Shown here: in pieces, positions 12,660 through 27,547 of the stretch
Layout of the letters: every line of letters starts with the position of its first letter
Numbering within the stretch: position 1 is the stretch's first letter
Source of the DNA: Batkoa obscura
Lineage: Eukaryota
DNA: 64,000 nucleotides
Assembly: GCA_030770535.1 (NCBI GenBank)
Contig: JASVEC010000003.1
Location: forward strand, 124,001 to 188,000
Reading direction: 5' to 3'
Notes under the pieces: generated by a model
The model's input: only the letters and a program-made list of their open reading frames with translations
Database searches by the model: none
Told to the model about the DNA's origin: nothing
Translations under genes and position numbers: made by a program

Positions 12660-13206
12660 AGCTTTATCTTATGCAGCTTATATAGTTTTGTTATATAAAT
12701 GCTTAAGAATAATTATCTGTAATATTTTTATTGCTTTTATTCTAAAAGTTAATGTTACGAACTATTTCTATTTATCTTACAAATTGTTTTTATTAACACT
12801 TTTCTAGATTGCGTTTTGTGAGAAATTCTATAAATCAACATTTACAAACAATTTGAATTATTGTGATAAAAAATAACTACCATTAAGTTCTATAAGCACT
12901 TTAAAAAAATTACTTAAAGCTTTTAAATATAATACAGTATATAACTATTTTAAAGTTATACTAAGGTTTTAGATAATAACAAAAGTATGGATTTTATGCT
13001 TTTATAAATAATAATATATTAAATTATTTAAGCTGTATTTAACAATTTGTTTATATTTTTTAAATTAGTAATTTTTAAATATATTTTTTATTTTATTCAA
13101 TTAGTTTTTTTTAAACTTATTTTAATATTTTTTTATATTTAATAAAATAACTAATTTAAAAGTTATTTTTATTTACTATATAGAATTTTACTTTAATTTA
13201 ATTATA

Positions 13207-13565
13207 TGGGGGTGTTCTTTTTGGCTTCATCACTTTTTACATCTTTTAAGCGCTATTTGAGTGGAAAAATTGTTAAAACTCTTAAACACAAAAATACATC
13301 CCCATGTGTCTTTTGTTCTTTTATAAGTATCTTGATTAAATATTAAATTTAGTTTTTGATTTTTTTAATATTTTCAAATAATTTATGTTTTTGTGTTTAT
13401 ATTTTTAAAACAGCTTATTCAATTAATTTAAAACATTGCAAGTATTTTTTTGCATAATACATATGAGGATGTATTTTTTTGTTTAGGAATTTTACTAACA
13501 ATCTTTCCGCTGAAATAGCGCTTAAGAAATGAAAAAAATAATGAAGCTAAAAAAAAACATCCTCA
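13207..13565. mobile_element. composite unit, probable donor: MITE 13207-13304 (-), 159 bp spacer, MITE 13464-13565 (+)
   Basis: Two head-to-head MITEs; whole 359 bp duplicated at 13731-14089. Confidence 0.88.
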
Positions 13566-13662
13566 TATATATTGTAAAATAAATAAGTAACTTTAAACAA
13601 ACTAATAAAATTATTAAAAACATTGCTATATTAATAAATTTTTATTTTATGCTGCTCTATAT

Positions 13663-14506
13663 TGTGAAATATCACTTCATTAGCTCTAGGATTGATTATA
13701 ATATAATCAATCAATTCAGAGTTCCTTATATGGGGATGTTTTTTTTTAGCTTCATTATTTTTTTCATTTCTTAAGCGCTATTTCAGCGGAAAGATTGTTA
13801 GTAAAATTCCTAAACAAAAAAATACATCCTCATATGTATTATGCAAAAAAATACTTGCAATGTTTTAAATTAATTGAATAAGCTGTTTTAAAAATATAAA
13901 CACAAAAACATAAATTATTTGAAAATATTAAAAAAATCAAAAACTAAATTTAATATTTAATCAAGATACTTATAAAAGAACAAAAGACACATGGGGATGT
14001 ATTTTTGTGTTTAAGAGTTTTAACAATTTTTCCACTCAAATAGCGCTTAAAAGATGTAAAAAGTGATGAAGCCAAAAAGAACACCCCCATATAGATTTAC
14101 TGTGAGAATTGCTACCACCTGATCACAAAGAACTTATTGCCCACGTTTTAATGTCCATACTTGACAACTATAATAAGGAATAACTGTTATAATGTTCCTT
14201 GTATATAGTCACCCAGCTGGAGTATAAAAGAAATTCTTCAACATGATAACTCAAGGCTTTTTAACTGAATTACTCCCTGATATCGTATCATTAATAAAGC
14301 CACTAAGTCTTTCTGACAATACCTTACGTAGATTTTACAGTAGTATCTTCTATTATATTTGTTCTACATAATTCGTAGCTTATTACGTATTATTCCTATT
14401 AATTTAAGTCTATCTTAGTCACATAAACTAAGACCGTTCGACTCAAGGCAAGTTAATCAAGCAAGGACTGCTTTTAACTCCAACCGTTGAGTATCAACCT
14501 TTCACA
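13663..14506 (-). mobile_element. solo-LTR-like repeat, copy 3, interrupted by composite MITE
   Basis: TGTGAAA at 13663 and TTTCACA at 14506; homology to copy 1 resumes exactly after the insertion. Confidence 0.75.
13731..14089. mobile_element. composite MITE insertion (MITE 13731-13832, spacer, MITE 13992-14089)
   Basis: Reverse complement of 13207-13565 with one difference seen; TA on both flanks. Confidence 0.9.
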
Positions 14507-14685
14507 ACATAAAGTATTTAATTGTTGGTAGCTTCTTGTTAAGACATAAAAGTTATTGTAAAAAAATAATTTATTAAAAATAATTTTTGTTTTATAAAAA
14601 TATTGACAGTAAAATAATAAAAAGCTGATAAATGTTTATTAACAAAAATATGATAAAAAGTATAGCTAATTAAATGGCAAATTAA

Positions 14686-16029
14686 TTATAAACTCAACCA
14701 AGTTAATAACGGAATACTTTTAAATTTATCATAACACTCATTTTCAATAAAAGATACATTAAACGTTATAAGTAACAAAGGTGCAATAAGCTTACAACTA
14801 ACTTCAAACTCTATACCTTGCAACTCAAAATTTATAATTTTAACTATATCAAGGTTTGGAAAAAAGGTTAAAAATAGAATAAAAACCCAGGCACAACTTT
14901 ATTAATGGGTTTGATTGTGATTTGATTTACATATCTACATTTGTACATATCCTAATTGGTACTATTATTAACTCTATCTGTATCAAAATTAAGCTCTTTT
15001 ATTAAAAAAATTGGTAGTATAGTTTAAATTATCAATATGGATTCCTTGAATGCTTGGTACTAGGGAAGTAGCTTCTAAGAGCTTTTTTGTTAATTCATTA
15101 ATGTGTATTTTTTTCGATGTCGATGATTTCATCAAATCATAGTTCATCAAGCATAGGAATTAAAAAGATCTAAAGAAATAAGGTTAATATTTTCAGTTAT
15201 GCTCATACTACTCTCAATTCTAACTTTAAAAAAAGAAAGAATAATCAATGAACTTCATACTCTTCAATTTAGTAAGATCGCTAAAATTCTTAACGTTAAA
15301 ATCGTTCTTAAAGTAGTCCTCAATTTTTAACTTTAAAGTAATAAAGTTTATATTTGGATTTAACTTAGAAGTGAAAGAAAAAAGACATCCTGATTTTACA
15401 TGTAATTTTTTTAAATTGGTAAACTCTGTTTTGACTTTATCCAATCTATCAAAACCTAAACCAACGCAATGATACATTACAAGAGACCTTACTTTGCTTG
15501 AGGTCAAATACTTGATTATTTCCTTTATACTACCAGAATTACAAAAAACATTTAAAACTTTGATTTGATTCATATACTTTTTAAATAATTCTAGTATTGG
15601 AGGAGAATCGATAAAAACAACTTCTACAAATAAATTTTTCAGCTTTAGTAGCTGGATTTTCATTTTATTATCTTTAGTAACAATCCCGTAACAATCATGA
15701 TAAGCTATAGCTGTTAAATCTGGATAATAGTTTATAAAATCGAAAGTGTCGTTATTTACGATTAAATGCTTCACCATCAATTCATTTTTTAAAGCAGGCT
15801 CTTTTTATCATTTAATAAAGTTTAATAGGTTTAAGCTTTTACTCATAATTCATATATCGTCATCAAAGTCACCCTCAGTATACTTTAAATATATTAATTT
15901 ATATTTAATGGTCTTGTCCATGATATTGAATGAATCTTTAGCTAATAGTTGTAAATTAAAAAATTATTTTATATCAACCTGTTTGAATATTTTAAATAGT
16001 AAATCATCAGGTAGTTGATCAAACTTCAT
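14686..16029 (-). pseudogene. F-box/LRR-like family paralogue A, frameshifted
   Basis: Starts MKFDQLPDDLLFKIF, ends IPLLTWLSL*; reading frame broken several times. Confidence 0.85.
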
Positions 16030-17474
16030 TTTTAAAAAAAATATAACGTAGTAAAGTAAGAAAACCAATAATTTATTTGTTTAACATCAATATTTTATTG
16101 TTTTTCTATATCTTCGGATAAATTTAGCAAACGTAGACAATATTGGCTAATATCATATATAATCGTTGCTGCGCTTGCCTGTTCTAACCTAAATATTCAT
16201 TCTAATATATATAATAGATTCTTTATTTTTAATTTCACAATTTATCATAACACCAGAGAAATCTACCTCTATAGCTCTCAATATTTACTAATTTTACCAG
16301 CTTAACAAATTTGCCAAAACAAAATTTAACTTATCAATTTTTATCCCTTAATGTAAATAAAAAATCACCTAATTTTGCCCCCTTTGTGTAATATTGTCAT
16401 AGAAACAATGATACCAATAAACCCGGAAGGCACTCAATCAATAAACCTAATCTATTTAGAGCTTACGAAAGTCTGAAGATTTATTAATTTGGGATCATAA
16501 ACAGGCCGTTTTACACAACTTAAAACAGACCAAAACACCACTGTTATTCAGCCTACTAATTTCAAAAGTAAATGCAATTACTCCATATCTGTAGACATAG
16601 CTAAAAGGTTAAAGGATATAACCATGGTTCTTATAACTCAGCTTAGAAGGTTAAAAGCGGAAGAGAGAATAAGTGAGTAATCTAAAGATAGTGTAGATGT
16701 TACGAAGGAAGTAAATGGTTATAGATAGTTAGTTCTTTGGTTTAATTTGGCTAAAAAATAATTTACTAAATATAGCAAATTAGTTTCATTTAATCAAGTT
16801 CAATGCTTTTTCCTGAAAACTTTGCTTAAATAAATTATTAATTGTGTTTTAATAAATCTACACTATTTATTTTTAAACTAAATATGCTCAACTGTCCTTC
16901 TATTGTTTTATTGATTTAAGAATTATTAAAACACTTGTTCTAAACATAAGAAATAAACAAAAACTAAAGATTAATGTTAGTTGATGGGAGATGAAAACAA
17001 TCTAAAGTCTATTTTGAAAAGCCCTTTATTTTAACTTATACAAGAAAATATAAAAAATAAACATCATTAATATTGATTCAAGGTGTTTATTACATGAATT
17101 AATGTTTTTGCAAAAAGATTAAATTTCATTAATTATTGAGTATATGGCTGTTTAAAACATATATTAGTAGTTTATTTATAGATGATAGTTTCATAATTCT
17201 AAAGTATAAATAAATAGCATTGAATAAGTTAATAAAATATTTAATATCAACGTTATACCTGGAAGTTAATTTTTTACGTTAGTTAAGATAACACATTTGG
17301 CTGTTATAGCCGTTATAGCTATTATTAAAAAGGTATTCGACGAAAAAACATCTATAAACGCTTTATTAGTATTTGTAACTAAAATATAATGCAACAATAA
17401 AATAGATAAAAAGCTTATGGATTTTTATTAAGACAAATATAATAAAAAGCATGATGAAATAAGTGCTAGATTAT

Positions 17475-18928
17475 TTATAAACTTAACCAAGTTAATAATG
17501 GGATATTTATGAGTTTATTGTAAAGCTCATTATCGATAGTAGGTACATCAGCGGCAATAATTGATAAAGGAGTAGTAAGCCTATAGTTAGCTTCAGAATC
17601 TGTATCTTCTAATGCAAAATCAGCAAGCTTAATTGTTTTAATATTTGGAAAAATTCTAATAGACAAAAAAAACTCTTTAAGGTCAACTCCATCAGTGGAA
17701 TTAACTGCAATCTTATTTACAGATTTACATTTGTATGTGTCATAGTTAGTATTTTCGTTAATATCATCTGTATTAAAACTAAACTCGTCAGTTGATATTG
17801 AAATGACAAAGCATAAATCATCAATATAAATCCTTTTAATATTTGATATTAAATAAATAGCTTCTAAAAGTTCCTTTGTTAAATCAAGGACATATATTCC
17901 TTGTGATGTTGATGTTTTTAGTAAATCATAATTTATTGGATTATATGTATAAAGATGGCCTAAAGAAGTAGAATTGATAATTCCTACTAAATTTATATTG
18001 TCTCTATTTTCTATGTCTAAAAAAGAGCAAGATTTATCATTTAATTTTATACTCTTAAATTTGTTAAGTTTACCAAAAATATTAGTATTAAACTTGAGTC
18101 AAAATAACCTCTAATTTTTAATTTTAAACAAGAGGTAAAGTTTACATTTGGATTAGACTCAGGCTCAATAAAAATATAATTCTTTGATTCTATATACAAT
18201 ACTCTTAAATTAATAAATTCTTTGATTCTATTCAATTCATCAAAAAACAAATTAGTAGTATCATAAATATGGGGGTGTTTTTTTAGCTTCATTATTTTTT
18301 CCATTTTTAAGCACTATTTGAGCGGAAAGATTGTTAGTAGAATTCTTAAACAAAAAAATACATCCCCATATCATAAAATATCTTTAGGGATCTTATTTTC
18401 CTTGGATTCAAAAATTCAATGATTTCCTTTGTACCCCCAGCTCGATATTTAATATCTAAAATTTCGACTTGATTCATATATCTTTCAAATAAGTTTAATA
18501 CTACGGAAGAACTAGCCATAATAGAATCTATAAATAATTTTTTAATTTGGCCAACTGGATTTGAATTTTATCAACTGTAGCAAGAATAAATCCAGAGTAA
18601 AGATAAGTAATAGCTGTTAAATTTGGGCAATAGTTAATTGAATCAATGTTATTATAATAAACAGTTAAATCTCATCATTCCACCATTTTTTAAATAAACT
18701 CTCTTTGAAGTTGAAAAAGCTTAAATAATTTAAACTTTTACCTAAATTTCCTTTAATTCTCTCATAGTCATCCTCAGTATACTTTGAATAAATTACTTTA
18801 TACTTAATAGCCTTGCCTATGATAATACATAAACTTTTATTTAATAAGTACAAATTAAACAGATCTCTTATATTGATTCGTTCAAATGATTCGTATAATA
18901 GATCGCTTGGTGGTTGATCAAATTTCAT
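17475..18928 (-). pseudogene. F-box/LRR-like family paralogue B, frameshifted and MITE-interrupted
   Basis: MKFDQPPSDLLY...IPLLTWLSL* in fragments; MITE at 18270-18368. Confidence 0.85.
18270..18368 (-). mobile_element. MITE inside paralogue B
   Basis: TA-TGGGGGTGTTTT...AAAATACATCCCCA-TA. Confidence 0.9.
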
Positions 18929-19587
18929 TATTTATAAAGATAAAGAGGTAAAAAAACAAAACTATATCAATATATATATAATTTCAATGTGTCATTTTTG
19001 GTAACAGAAGATTTTTAAAAAGTGCAGACTTTAAAAAGCAATAACATAAATAAATGCTAGTAAATTAATCAGTTCTAACATTAATATTAAGTATAAAGCA
19101 AATAATAAATACCTTTTTTTAATTTATAATTTGTTGTATTATTAAAACTAACATGCATAATTTTTAGCTTTTTTATTAATATTGTCACTCTCACAAATCT
19201 TTAACAAATGTTCTATTTTAGCAAGTTCAATTCTTTAATTTCAATCAATAAAACAAATTAGATTTCTTACAGTACTCACAATTTTAGTAATACTACCAAA
19301 TATCATAATACGTTTAAATTTCAGCTTTAACAATTAAATATATGAACATGTTTGTCCTAACGTATTTTAAAGATAATTTAGCTACCTCAATTTCTAAAAG
19401 ATTTTAGATGCGAAAGAGTGGTAGAATGGCTGTTACAATCTGGCTTAGAATGGTACCTGAAAAAATGATTTATAAGTAGATAGGATAGCACGAAGGATGG
19501 ACGTATAAATTGTTCTAGAGAATGAGTAATTAGTATTAAATATTTATATATAATTTTTGCTCAACTAAAGATATAATGAGTAGAATA

Positions 19588-19660
19588 GCCTGATTAGCTC
19601 AGTCGGTAGAGCATGAGACTTTTAATCTCAGGGTCATGGGTTCGAGCCCCATATTAGGCT
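19588..19660 (+). tRNA. tRNA-Lys(TTT)
   Basis: Identical to 12587-12659; followed by T-run Pol III terminator. Confidence 0.95.
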
Positions 19661-20230
19661 TTTTTAGATGTTCATTCCTAATGGAAAAAATTTAAATTCC
19701 CAAATTCTTTATTTTTGTGTGTATATCAAAATCGAGTAGTTCTAGTTTAATTTTACTTATTAAGCTTTAAAATATTAAGAGGTTTGGTTATTGAGTTTTT
19801 TCAATGAAAATGAAAGTAAGTTTATTGTATCTGTCCTTTTTAGTTTAGGTTTTTTATACTGATTATTGTATAAGTAATAGTGTTGATAATAATTTAGACT
19901 TTTTTATTAATTTGATGTTGATTGATTTTTTTAAATGATTTTATATTATAATTGATCTAAATATCATTAAATTAGTAATCAAAATAGTAGTGCTTTAATA
20001 TATAATTAACAATTATATAGTAAAAATATATATACGTAAAGATAAAATAGCAACTATAATATATATATATATATATTAATAATAATGTAAAATTTTTTTA
20101 TTAGATTAATAGTATTCTATTAAACCTTAATTTTTTATTCTAAATAAAAACCCAGATTCATGACGTATCCCATAAAATCTCTTTTGAATAAATTTTCATT
20201 TTCATTTTATTTTTTCATTCAACAACAATC

Positions 20231-22970
20231 ATGTCCATTGACACTATTACTTACAACTCTATTTCCAATTTACAAAAACAATTAGGCAGTGAATTATTAA
20301 TAGTATCAGGTACTATTTCCTCAATTGATAATAATCTTAAGATTCATTACAACTATAATATCAAAGATTATATTCAAAAAAAATCACGAAAATATACCAC
20401 TCAATTACTACTTCATTCTTTACCAGAATTTAAAACAATTGATTTTCAACATGAAGAAATTAGTGATTATTGTTATAAATTAGTTCAAGAAAATATTACC
20501 ATTTTATTTTATAATAGAAAATCAGAAGGAGGAGATAAAGCTATTCCTCAAATTGAAGTTTATTTAGATAATCAATTAATGAATGTTTTAAAATTAAATG
20601 AATATCATGACAACTTTGTTAATTTTAATACGTTCTCTAGGCCCCAATTAAAGAATCAAAAATTAATTTATCTTACTCAAAGTAAAAGAATTACAAATGA
20701 ATTTGATAATAAAGAATATCAATATATTCAATCTTATGGGGAAAGTTTAACTTCAATTAATAAAATTCAGTTGATTTCAATTGATTTAACTTTGATATTA
20801 AAAAAATCATTTTCAATCAAAGAAGAACAAATGAATGATTTAATTAAAATTATTGATATCTCTTCTGATTATGGTGAACCGGTGGAATTTATATATCATC
20901 CATTAAACAATAATCAATTAATTTTAACTTTGTTTCAAATTAATCCTATTAAATTAGGTTATGTTTATTGTAATAATCGACCTAAATCAATTTATTTATT
21001 AAATTTAAATAATGGAAAGTTACAGTTAATTTCAGATGTTAATTACAGTTGTTATAATATTATTACCTATGAAGAGAATTTAATCTATTTCAAAAATTCA
21101 TTGGGTGGTGCTCATTTTCATTGTAATCAAGTAGTGAAGGTAAAGTTAAAGTTAAAGTTAAAGTTAAAGTGTATGTTAAAATTAATTAATTATTTTATTT
21201 TATTTTATAGTATAATTTAACTACAGGTAATGAAAAAGTCATATTAGATGAAACAAAATCAGCCGAATATCAACAATTTCCAGGAATTTATTGTCAAAGT
21301 TTAACTAAAAAACCTATATTGAAAGTTAATAAAGAAAATTATTTAATTATTAATTCACAATGGAATTGTTATAGAGTAATTAGTTTAATATTATTATTTA
21401 AATGTGTTTTAATATTTATTTCTTTATTTAGGTTATTTTAGCTATTTCTTTAAAAGAAAAAAATAAAGTATTACTATTAAGTGAAGGTAAAAAATAATTG
21501 AAAATAATTTATATGTTAAATATTAATAATATTTTTTTAACATTAAATATAATAGTTATCAATAATTGCAATTATAGTTATACAATATTAGATCATTGTA
21601 ATGATTATATATTAGCTTATAGAAGTAATCCTAAAATTAGTTCTGAATTGGTAATTAGATTGTTAATTAATTATTTAATATAATAAAATTCTTTTTAGAT
21701 GTTAGGAATAATAAACCCAAATAATAAAGATACTATTGAAATTGAATGGAAAATTATTCAACAAAAGAAAATCAATGAAGGTAAATTTAAACTCTAAGAG
21801 ATTTTTAATTATAGTAATAAATTAATTATAGATTATGATAAAATATCATGGGAAGTATTAAATATACGTAATGAAACAAATAACCCGTTAGAATGTATAT
21901 TAATAACATCTGAATTCAATAATGTTAATAATAAGAAGATTATATTAAATATTCATGGTAAGTAAATAATAATAAACTAAGATTATTTGTTAAGACATTT
22001 ATTAATTTAATTTAAGGTGGTCCTCATGGTAGTAATGCTTTAGATTGGAGTTTATTGAATTTACATTTATTATTAAATGGTTATGATATTTTACATGGTA
22101 AATTAATTATTTTGATTATTCATAATATAATAATATTAATTATTTATATAGTAAATTATTCTGGTTCCATAGGATATGGAGAAGATTATGTTAATTCTTT
22201 AATTGGTCATTTAGGTGATAAAGATGTTAAAGATTGTCAGGTAAAAATTAGATTCAAATTTTTATTATCGCAACTATAAACAAATAACTAAATTTAATTG
22301 AATTCAAATATTAATATTATTTTTTTTAGTTTGCAATTGAAAAAATAGTTAATGAATATTCATATAAAGATATTAATATAATGGGAGGTAGCCATGGAGG
22401 TTTTTTAACCGCTCATTTAATTGGACAATATCCTGATTATTATAAAAAAGCAATTATGAGAAATCCAGTAATTCAATTAGCTTGTAATTCCACTGTGTCT
22501 GATATTCCAGATTGGTGAGTTTCTATTCTATATATTTATTATTATAATATTCTATATTACTATAAGAACATTAGTTTTTATAATTATTCCTTTTAGGTGT
22601 TATTATGAAGCTGGATTAAAGTTTGAGTTTAATAAATTACCTATATTAACTTCAGAGGATTATATAAAATTAGATAAGCAATCGCCACTTCAATATATTT
22701 CTAAATTAAAAACACCAATTTTATTATTAATTGGTGATCATGATTATCGAGTACCAAAATCTCAATCTTTCCATTATTATCATTTAATTCAATCTTATAA
22801 TAACAAATTAGCAAAGTAAGTAATTAATTATTAATTATTAGAATTTGTATTAATTTTATATTAATTTTAAAATTAGGTTATTTTTATTCCCAAATACTGG
22901 TCATCCCTTAGACACCCCTCATGCTGAAATGGTATCAATTGTGGAAATTTTAAAGCATTTAAAACAATGA
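20231..22970 (+). CDS. APEH: acylamino-acid-releasing enzyme (peptidase S9C), multi-exon
   Basis: GYVYCNNRP, GGAHFHC, FPGIY, IHGGPH, VNYSGSIGYG, GGSHGGFL nucleophile, RNPV, SDIPDW, DYRVP, TGHSL. Confidence 0.88.
21141..21169 (+). repeat. (AAAGTT)n short tandem repeat at start of APEH intron 1
   Basis: gtaaagttaaagttaaagttaaagttaaagt. Confidence 0.8.
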
Positions 22971-23039
22971 ATAAAATAAAATAAAATAAAATAAAATAAA
23001 ATAAAATAAAATAAAATAAAATAAAATAAAATAAAATAA
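22970..23039 (+). repeat. (AAAAT)~14 microsatellite
   Basis: Perfect pentanucleotide array directly after APEH stop codon. Confidence 0.95.
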
Positions 23040-23083
23040 CAAATATTATTAAATTTCAATTTTATTTCATCTAAAAAACTCAT

Positions 23084-25388
<2,305 letters not shown>

Positions 25389-25759
25389 GGCCTTTGAGGG
25401 TTAAAAGCTATAAGATAAGATAGATGATTAAATCGATTTTTTGGAAAATAAGGGATTAAAAATGGCAAAAATTGGGCTATTTTTGTGCAAATTTGATGTG
25501 ACAATATCAGTATCAAATTATGAATTTGTGGATGTGATTGTTTTGTTTGAAGTGATAGTAATAAATCAAAATACATAATACATTATACATATGTTAGATT
25601 TAACATTAAAGTTGAAATAGGCAAGCATACCAATTATTGTATATGTTATTCGTCAATAATGTTTGTAGTTGTTAAGTCTATCCAAAGATAAAAAAATGAA
25701 TTAAAGTTAGGCATATAAATAATAAAACTTTTTTTATATTTTTATGTTTTTTGTATAAA

Positions 25760-26378
25760 ACAAAGTTTGATCAACTACCAGGCAACTTGTTATATGAAGT
25801 TTTCAAACAATTTCATTTAAATGAAAGGTTTCATTTACGCCTATTAAGTAAGGATTTATCCAGCATTACAAACAAGGATATAAAACATACAATGGCTTAT
25901 TCAAAATATACTGATGACGATTTTCGTAATGATACAGCTTTAGGTAAAAGGTTAAACCACAAAAACTTTATTAGCTATGAAAGGGACTTTATTTTTAAAA
26001 ACTGGAGCTATGATAAAGTATTTAAATATAAATAGTGATATCATTGGTTACATAAATTATTGTCCAACTTTAATATCTATTACTTATCATGATCCTTACA
26101 GTACTCTTGAAGTAATTGTTGAAATCGAAATTCAGTTACCGAAATTGAAAAATTTATTCATAAATACTATTTGTACTAACACTTCCCCAATCTTAGACTT
26201 ATTTAGAAAGCATTTAAAGGAAATTGAAATTTTAGACATTGTGTGTGATTCTGGTAGTATAAAAAAAGTTGTCACTTTTTTGACTCCAAGTAAAATTGCT
26301 TAAATATGTTATTGTTCTATATTAAACTTCGTAAATTGGATAAAATCAAGTATGATTTATTAACTTAAGAGAATTATA
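25760..26378 (+). pseudogene. F-box/LRR-like family paralogue C, 3'-truncated
   Basis: ACA replaces ATG before KFDQLPGNLLY; frameshifts; homology stops at MITE 26381. Confidence 0.85.
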
Positions 26379-26380
26379 TA

Positions 26381-26481
26381 TGGGGATGTTTTTTTTGGTT
26401 TCATTATTTTTTCCATTCTTTAAGCGCTATTTGAGCGGAAAGATTGTTAGTAAAATTCTTAAACAAAAAAATACATCCCCA
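26381..26481 (-). mobile_element. MITE
   Basis: TA-TGGGGATGTTTT...AAAATACATCCCCA-TA. Confidence 0.9.
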
Positions 26482-27547
26482 TATATTTTTATTATAATTA
26501 ATCAATTTATGCACTTTAAGTAAAATTCTAAGTATGATGAAGTCTCAATTTTAGTTCCCTCTCAATCCCACTTAATGATAGGGGTTCATAACTTTTTTTT
26601 ATCAGCATACCATCCGCAAACGACTTGATTATAATACTTTCATTATTTTTTTAAAAAGCTTATCGAATACTTTACCTTGAATAAAGATAAACAAAACCTC
26701 AATACTATTATTACTATCTCAAGTACAACTTTTCACTCTTTTGATCTCCACATTTGTCTCTTAGGTCATTCACTTGAGTATTACTTTTCCGGTTATCATT
26801 CTAAAGTGAATTATGACTCTCATTTTACTATTTTGTATTCATGTTGTGTTAGCTTTCCAGACCCTATTGAATATATTAATAGCAATATATTAGACTAAAT
26901 TAAGTTGTATACAGTATCAATACATTAAATTGTTTTAGATTGAAACGATATTTTTTTCTGCAATCTTAAATTAGTAAATTTCTTACCTTTTCTGGAGCTT
27001 CAAATAGATTAAGTTTGTTGATTAAGTATTTTCTAGGATGTTAGTGGCATTGTTTAGATGGTAAAATTATATAAACGAAAGTGAAAGTGAAAGTGAAATG
27101 AAGTGAATCTTTGATTAAGTTTGACGGATTTATAATTAATAAAAGTTGTAAATTTTGGAATGTTTTTAAAGCATCTGTTGAGGCAACAACATCAATATGA
27201 AAATTGAAATTCAGGGATGTGACATTTAGCTGGTATATGATAAATCACAAAATTAAAAGTATCAAGTTTATCACATAAATTAAGTCTAATAGATCAATTC
27301 TAATAAACATTAATAAAATAAGCTATGAAATCGTTTTTATTATCTCATTTATTTATATTATATTATGTCAATTAAGTTAGAATCGCTAAGCTTACTGTAA
27401 CTGGTTATAATGTTTTGTAATATTATTAACTAATAACATCATCTTATTTTAATCAAAACACATTATAGCCAGATATATAAATATAAGGATTTTCTTATTG
27501 TTTTATAAAAAAACTTTGAAGATTGTTTTTATAATCCTTATATAAAA

